Origin: Catajapyx aquilonaris
Taxonomy: Eukaryota
Direction: 5' to 3'
Assembly (NCBI GenBank): GCA_000934665.2
Contig: JYFJ02002737.1
Coordinates: 1 to 51,837, forward strand
DNA: 51,837 nt
In this document: positions 44,620-51,837 of the stretch, piece after piece
Layout of the letters: every line of letters starts with the position of its first letter
Numbering within the stretch: position 1 is the stretch's first letter
Position numbers and translations under genes: made by a program
The notes under the pieces: generated by a model
Told to the model about the DNA's origin: nothing
The model's input: the letters and a program-made list of their open reading frames with translations, nothing else
Databases searched by the model: none

Positions 44620-46432
44620 GGGCCTACCTAAGTGATTTGTCAGAATTGCGTTCAAGTTTGGCCGAGTCACGGGTGCAGCCTTCTCTTTGCACCGTCGATG
44701 CGGATGTCTCACTGGAGGAACGGTCCTGAAATTTTCACAGCATGGCGAGGAAGGGCCAATTGAGCCCCCGGAGGAGTTTTGACCCATTAGAATAAAAATT
44801 TAGAGACCTACAGGGGGAGGAGTTTTTGAAAAACGACTCACAACATCTTGACTTCGGATTCGAATTTGGAAAATATCTCTTAAGTAGCGCGACGGCAAAA
44901 GTTCTCTTACTCTCTCATACTCTCCAAGGCGCGATTAATTTGGGCAATTGGTTTTTGCACGGCTATTAAAATGGGCTCACCACCTCACCTCTTAAAATCG
45001 GTGGAGAACTTTCAAACGTAGAACAGTTGGTTCCATGTCCGGGTTGCCAGGGAACCGGTTCAGGCTAAATGATCTCAAAAGCGCGTGGGTAACAGGGAAC
45101 CAACTGTTCTAATTCGGAAGTATGCCCTCCGATTTTACGACGTGAGGTGGTGAAACCGTTTTAATAGCTGTGCAAAAACCAATAGCCCAAATTAACCCTC
45201 GGACGGTGACGTGGGCACTTTTTAGGCTCATTCACATGAGCGACCCTTGGCCAGGAATTCCTGGCCAATACGGAAACGTGGCCAGCGGCTGGCCAAGAAT
45301 CGAAAGTAACAGTTCACAAGAGCGACGTTGTTGGGGGACAAGTGAGCATTGCGAGGCGCTTGGGAGGGCCGCTACTGCGCATGCATTACTCCTGGCAACC
45401 ATCGCTGACCATGGCTAGCCATCTTCCGGAGCATGGCCAGCTCAGCCACCTTTTCCTGGCTTGGGTGGCGACCTTCCCTTCCTGGCCGAACCTGGCCACT
45501 AGCGTGTGAACGGGCTTGGCGACCTTTGGCCAGGAAACTTCCTGGCCGAAGGTCGCTCGTGTGAATGCGCCTTTTGTGACCAATGACCCTTTTTTTGCTA
45601 CAACTTGGCAAATTTAGGACATTCGAGATTCATCTTTGAGAACATTTTCGTTTGACTATTTCTGTGATGAATGACCCCTGTGGGGTAGAAATATACCCCA
45701 CGTCATAGCCAATGTACGTAATTTTTTAGAGAGCACATCACAGCGCATCACAGCAAAATTGTATTTTATAAAGTGTGAGTGTTGTTATTCAGCAATAAAT
45801 ATTGCTCGGAACTAAAATCTTGCAGACCCTGCAGCTGGGAATGTTTACGTTATAAGTCATTACTTACGGCATCGAGCTGGCCAGGCTACGAAGGTGCGAT
45901 AACGGAGTTTAAAGTCCCTTATGACTCAACTAATGGTCACAGGAGATCGTTTTTTTTTACACATACAGATGAGAATACAGGCCGAATTTAGCGCGGAAGA
46001 ATGGCTCGAGTGCTATTAAGGCAATTTTGTTAAAAAATGAAAACCGCGTGGGTTAGAAAAATACCCCACGTCGTAGCCAATGTATGGCAGGTTCACGTCG
46101 GTAGTTAAGTGTTAATCGCGCTTTGGAGTAGTAAGAGAGGACAACTTTCGCCATCGCACAACTTCTGAAATGTTTTCCAAGTTCGAATCCGGAGCCGAGA
46201 TGTCGTAAGCCGGTTTTCAAAAACTCCTCCACCTGTAGATCTCGCAATTTTTATTCCAAAGGATCGAAACTCCATCGGGGGCTCAACTGGCCTTTCCTCG
46301 CCGTGCTGTGAAAATTTCAGGCCCATGCCTCCAGCGAGACACCCGCACCATTGGTGCAAAGAGGATGCTGGACCCGTGACACGGCCAAACTTGGAACACG
46401 AGTCTGAAAAATCGCTTAGATATCTAGCGCCC
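44620..46432. mobile_element. Large fold-back DNA transposon (possibly Kolobok-like), long inverted repeats of about 320 bp
   Basis: 44620-44940 is the diverged reverse complement of 46111-46432. GGG/CCC ends with GTAA (left) and TTAA (right) flanks. Contains a further internal palindrome at 44936-45195. Confidence 0.7.
45225..45571. mobile_element. PIF/Harbinger-like MITE nested in the fold-back element
   Basis: TIR GGC(T/G)CATTCACA(T/C)GAGCGACC and internal cctggcc repeats. Confidence 0.75.
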
Positions 46433-46479
46433 TTAATTGCAAAAAAGATCACCCCTCCCAAAAATTTAGTTAGTAGGTA

Positions 46480-46787
46480 GCTCCGTGATGTTAGTGACTA
46501 TGTGGCAGGCTTCCACCTCCGAGGTCTCAAGTTCAATTCCCAGATAAGGCTGAGGAATTTCTCATGTGGAAAGAGTTTCGCAAGGTTCTCGGTTAGTGTG
46601 GGTTTTCCTGACTTCTCCCTTTTCCTCTCACTGTCCAAAAATCTCTATTCCCCTCTCATGGCTGTCAGACATGTGTAGCACTAGTTGTGCTTGCTGAGTT
46701 CGCTGCGTAAGCCATGCCCAAAACTTGTCAGACACGTGCTGACTTGGGCACAAGGTGTAAATAAAGGGAATGTATGGAATGGAATGG
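46480..46787 (+). mobile_element. Degenerate tRNA-derived SINE
   Basis: B-box-like AGTTCAATTCC, body with gtgggttttcctg...ctccctttt, and an aataaa plus (GGAAT)n tail. Confidence 0.5.
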
Positions 46788-48443
46788 CAAGAAACTTTCA
46801 TCCCTACATCACGTGATTTTCACATGACAATACAAGGAATAGGTGAAGGCCCAGCAGTGGAGGGGAAAGGTGCAGGAGTCATGGTGTGAGGGGTGGTTGG
46901 TGCGGTTGGGTGATGGGGAAGAAGTCTTGACCAATGACGCCCTATGTGCCCGACGTAGCCAAGGGCTCATGTCCCACAGCAACACAGTGCAAAGCTGTCT
47001 TGTGTGACCAGGGCAGTGCAGGGAACGTGGCTAACCCAACTACCACACAACATGTCAGAGCCATCACTCTCCCTATGTCAGACAGATTTAGCTCCTTTGG
47101 CTCCTTCAACCAACAAAATTATTTGCATCGACTGTCCCAATTCCATGTTTTCAGTTGCACCCTGAAACCATATAACACGACACATGTAATTTAGTAGAGA
47201 AAAACTTGGGCCAAGTCCATCCACCACCTTAAAAGGGTCACCAGCCATCAGGTTGGCACGAGACATTGAAGCAGATCTTTCAGGACTAGATGCTGTAAGA
47301 TATGATTTCAATTTGTTACCTTTCAGAGGAAACATGGGAGCGAGGAGATGACAAATTATGTGAAGAGATGAGTACGGTAGGATCGTGTTTAATGTAGTTT
47401 TTTTCCACACAGATGTGCAATTCTGTCAGTATGTAGGGGGGGAAATGTGGCAGTTACATTTGTACCCTTACATGCCGCCAACTGCCATTGGCTGTAAACT
47501 GCATGGGGCATATGGAGTGGCTCCAAAAAAAAACCTGCAAATCCACACAAAACTTGCAATACTATAGTTGAGTTACTCTTCTGTTACGTCCACCCTGCCC
47601 CATTGTGCATATGCTGTATCTGCAAACGTCAGCTGAGTTCAATATCAAAATCTCACTAGGACTTGACTTCTGTTGAATCCCCCATGCAACATATGCTCAG
47701 ATTTAAGGCATAGCAAATGTCATCTCTCCTGCCAACACGCTTGTGCAAATCAGGCAAGCTTGTGAGATTGCCATCAATATGCATCTGATCTGACTTGAGT
47801 CCCACTTTAGCCTTACTAATCCAGTGGACTAATTTGGCATGGAATACAGTGTCTTTAAGTATAATGTGTGTGTAAACACACACACATTATAACTTGAGCC
47901 ACTCTGTGATGCCACAAAAATTGTGCCTAAGCAATGCAGCTAACAAATTTTACGACCACCTCAGCTCTTGTTCTTTCATGAATGATGGAAAAACCTCAGC
48001 TTGTGCATCTGTATCACAATTGGTGCTCCAGCAATAAAGATTTCCACGAGCAATAAGCTCTAACATCGAGGGGGGGAACCTTGCCTCATTGCCTGATAGC
48101 CGAATCCACCTCATGGCTGCCTAGCCTAGTGGCCATTTCTAAATTCCCCCCCCCCCCCNCCTCTCCCTTCCCCCCTTAAGAAGCCCCACTAATTTCCCCG
48201 GCCATTTCACGGCACGCATCGAGACTTAAGAATTCCAGGCCTTCCCCTGCCCTTCCCCATCCCTCCCTCTTACCTCCCGGCCCCGATGGAATAGAAGCCT
48301 ACTCAGCTCACGCCCGACCTGCTTGCTCCCCCTTCCCAAAACCGGCCGGCGGCCCAGGCTATGGAAGCCCTTCAAGCGGGGGAGGGGGGGCCGCGCCTTT
48401 CCCTCCCGGCCCGGCCTCCCGTACCCCATGGCCCTGTACTCAC

Positions 48444-49362
48444 CGTCTCCACCTCCCAATCGGGTCCGGAGTGACCCCTGTCTGGCTGTGCGTCTGTCCG
48501 GCTGGAGAATGGCGAGGACGATAGAACACGGCACGATGGCAGTTGGCCGAACACGGGAGAGCGAGGGAAGAACGAGGGGGAAAAGGGAGGGTTGCCAACA
48601 CGGATAAACGCCACCTCACTGCGCCCTCGCCCTTCCACAAAAGAAACAGGGGGACGCTTCCTTGCCGATCTATAAACCTTCCGTTGGCTACCCTGGAGGA
48701 CGCATCCGAAGTCCGAAGTTGGAGGGATGGCCGTGGCGTGGTTCGATAACACGCGTAGCTGCTGTGCCACATGGCCCATCGTAGGAGATACGCCTCCGAT
48801 GGAGAGCAATTTGGAGCTCATCACGATGTGCTCGATTGATCTAGTGTAGATTAATGTGCGATGTTCGATCAGTGTTACACCTACACATAGACCGTAGTGT
48901 ATTTCCAATGCCATTCTAATGCCAAAAGAAACCTAATACTACAAATAGCAGCTGCTTGTGGTCAGGCCAATTGGCTATTGAAAACCCGTACCACGTGAGG
49001 TTCACATTTCCAAATGAACATATTCTTTTAAAATTATTTGATTTTATACTTGTAATGACGGTATTTTATGGGCTGGTTAAGAAACATGCGTAAATGTTGA
49101 AATCTCGGACGCGTCTAGGTGCCATATTGGTTCCCGTCGTGCATTCTGATTATAAACTCGCCTCGAGGCTCAAGGACCGTGTCGCCTACTGAGGACGAGT
49201 CGAATTGGCAACACTGCGAGGGTGAATTTTCATATTTTTCTGCATCTCATCGTTGGCCGTCGGACGAGCGGAAGGCACTGGAAGGTTTCATCCAGAGCCG
49301 GATTTCATCGGTCGCCCGGTCTGAAGCAAGTCTGAACGGAAGAAGAAAGGTAGAGCAGAACC
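48444..49362. promoter_or_regulatory. Putative bidirectional promoter of DDX43 and PSMB5, with DDX43 non-coding first exon
   Basis: CpG-rich island upstream of the PSMB5 ATG. Strong minus-strand donor ACG|GTGAGT at 48444/48443. The DDX43 ATG exon has an acceptor at 41788-41787, which requires an upstream exon. Confidence 0.55.
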
Positions 49363-51516
49363 ATGGCGCTGGAAGGCTTGTGCGGGCTTCCCATCCCCAC
49401 CAGTGGGCTGATGATGTCCGAGGAAGACACCGGGTTGAAGCAGGACTCGATCCTGGCTCGTGACAACTTCGGGTACAACGCCAGTCTCTACTTGCCGCCC
49501 TTTGAGAACGTAAGGTGCTATCACCCCTTGTACGTAGTTTTGTCAGTGCCGGCCTGATGCCAGTCTGTGCCAAGCAGTTTTTCCAGGCTTCCAGCCACTC
49601 CAGTGTTGGGGTTACTATGGACACACATGAAGGCAAAAAGAAGTTTTTTTGTTCTGCAATTTAGGCTCTGGTCACACATTGAAACAATAACTCCTACGAC
49701 GTCATGCAACTGCCTGCAACAAAATCTAATGCTGTGGAAGGCATGCCCCTTTTCAGCGAAGCATGTTGTTTGGGGTTGACCTTCCACATTCCCCATTTTG
49801 TACCCAGACTAAGATTCAGCACCGACAAATTTCTTAGTTCAAAAGTCTCACAGCACTTTTTTTGTAGCCTGGGAAGAAGTTGGATGAGCTAGTGGATGAG
49901 AATGGAAGGAGCATCAAACTTAAGCTTCACCATGGGACCACCACACTTGCCTTCAAATATCAGGGTGGTGTCATCGTTGCAGTTGATTCTCGGGCTACTG
50001 GAGGACAATTCGTCGGTAAGCTTCTGGTTGCTTGAACTCTTGCCGGAACTCCAAACTCTGGCTGCAGTCTAGAAAAATTCTTGATGTTCTTTGGTGGGTT
50101 ATTTGTAAATGATTAAGTTAGATGAGCATTACATGGCCTCGAACTGTGTGATTTGGAGAAACACAAAACCTAATTAAAGACTTGGGCCATTTGCAGTTAG
50201 ATTGGCTATATTTAATGTGAGAAATAAATTTAATGTAAAATATTACTAAACATTGGGCTCAATTGTATGTACAGTGTTGATAACTAGTGTGTTGGACTGT
50301 TAAATGTGAGAACAATAGTTTACAGTAATTATATTTACTTACCATTTCAAATATAACACCCTTTTCTCTCTCCAGGTTCCCAGTCAGTCAAGAAGATCAT
50401 TGAGATTAATGACTATCTTCTGGGCACTCTTGCTGGAGGAGCAGCTGACTGCATGTACTGGGAGAGGGTCCTAACGAAGCAGTGCCGTCTGTATGAGCTG
50501 AGGAATAGAGAGCGCATCTCTGTGGCAGCCGCCTCCAAACTACTGGCCAACATGGTCTACAATTACAAGGGGATGGGACTGTCCATGGGTGTCATGATTG
50601 TTGGATATGACAAAAGGGTAAGTTGGTTTTATTTGAAGGTCAATTGTAGTAACAGTGCTACAGCTTCTGCATTGTTTATGTCATTGTAAGCAGTGGGTTT
50701 GGTTTCAACATTACAGTTCTCCTATGTGTTGGGGGGGAGGGGGGGGGGGGTAACTTTAATGAAACCCCTTCCTCCTTGATTAAACTATGTAAATGTCACA
50801 ATTAAGCACATCATGTGATTTGTCACTTGGAATTTACAGGGTCCTGGACTGTACTATGTAGACAGTGAAGGTACTCGCACAGTTGGAAAGATGTTCTCTG
50901 TTGGATCTGGTTCCATCTATGCCTATGGTGTTTTGGACACTGGGTACCGGCATGACCTTGCTGATGAGGAGGCATATGATTTGGGCAGGAGGGCCATCTA
51001 TCATGCAACCCACAGAGATGCATACAGTGGTGGCATAGTCCGGGGTAAGTAATTCCTTCTATTCAAGTTGTGAAACTGGATTTGTAACTTAGACCTGGGT
51101 ATTTTCATGTAATTGCACAATTCCTCATGTCCAATGCAGGTTTGATTAGTTCCCAACAGTATCTAACTCATACCTTGCATGCACCGAGACCTGTACAGCA
51201 AAATTTTGCCAAGTTGTTTTTTTCAAACAATTATTAGTGAAACCTGTCCATAAAAGACCCAGAGTATAGTAGAACCTTGTCCATTATGGAAAATTTCATC
51301 CATTACTGACATGTTTAACTGGAATATTTCATACCATATACCTAAATATAATAAAAATTGGGTTAAATACTGCATGTGGTAGGTTAAAAGAGTAACATAT
51401 TCTAAAATGAATCTTATACTTCAGTGTACCACATGAAGGAGACTGGCTGGAAGGTGATATCCGAGCAAGATTGCAAGGAACTGCACTACAAGTATCAGGA
51501 GGAAAAAATGCAATGA
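49363..51516 (+). CDS. PSMB5: Proteasome subunit beta type-5 (chymotrypsin-like catalytic subunit); 5 exons, 277 aa precursor
   Basis: Exons 49363-49509, 49868-50015, 50376-50617, 50840-51044, 51425-51516 (834 nt, GT-AG). A 72-aa propeptide ends in HHG, followed by [21 protein letters not shown] (catalytic Thr1 codon at 49937). Also [23 protein letters not shown] and RDAYSGG. Confidence 0.97.
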
Positions 51517-51566
51517 GGGGTTATGGAATTGAGGGATGCATTGCAACACAAGAAGCTTGTAATTTG

Positions 51567-51572
51567 AATAAA
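51567..51572 (+). terminator. Candidate polyadenylation signal of PSMB5
   Basis: AATAAA 50 nt after the stop codon, followed by a T/GT-rich tract. Confidence 0.65.
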
Positions 51573-51837
51573 TTCTTTCTGTATGTTACGCTTGATTATT
51601 ATTTGCTTGCTTGATCTAATACATATTTCAAGACCTATATCTGTCTGTCTTTCTTTTGTGACCTAAACAGATCCATACGGAGGCCTCCACATATGCCCCA
51701 GGGGTATCACTAGGGGTAGTTTTTTACCGGGAAGGTTATGATGACTTTTCAATATACATTGAGAATGTGGAGGTCCAAATTTTACAAAGGGGGAAAAAAC
51801 AAATAAAAGAAAAACGATTGAAAACTACATGACGCAG

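Noticed and set aside
48226..48914. Overlapping ORFs of 94-180 aa upstream of PSMB5
   Set aside because: GC-rich island with ORFs on both strands and no protein-family signal. Better explained as promoter and 5'UTR.

Overview
Eukaryotic, intron-rich animal DNA. It is most likely from an insect or other arthropod, inferred from the protein sequences and repeat content. Four complete spliced genes were reconstructed by hand, all with GT-AG introns and consistent reading phases: CCDC25 (-, 209 aa), an Eco1/ESCO cohesin acetyltransferase with ESCO2-like motifs (+, 633 aa), a DDX43/DDX53-type DEAD-box helicase (-, 999 aa) and proteasome subunit beta-5 (+, 277 aa). They form two head-to-head pairs joined tail-to-tail. 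The main finding is that the DDX43-like helicase carries four tandem KH domains instead of the usual one. These are built from symmetric phase-0 exons that each span a domain boundary, are separated by Gly/Phe/RGG linkers, and one KH copy looks degenerate. Other points of interest are the CCDC25-ESCO head-to-head pair (also seen in the human genome), abutting polyA signals of ESCO and DDX43, a nest of three hAT elements with target-site duplications, and three perfect palindromes not explained by transposons. Introns are densely filled with MITEs, mariner fold-back elements and tRNA-derived SINEs. No CRISPR array, rRNA or intact tRNA gene was seen.
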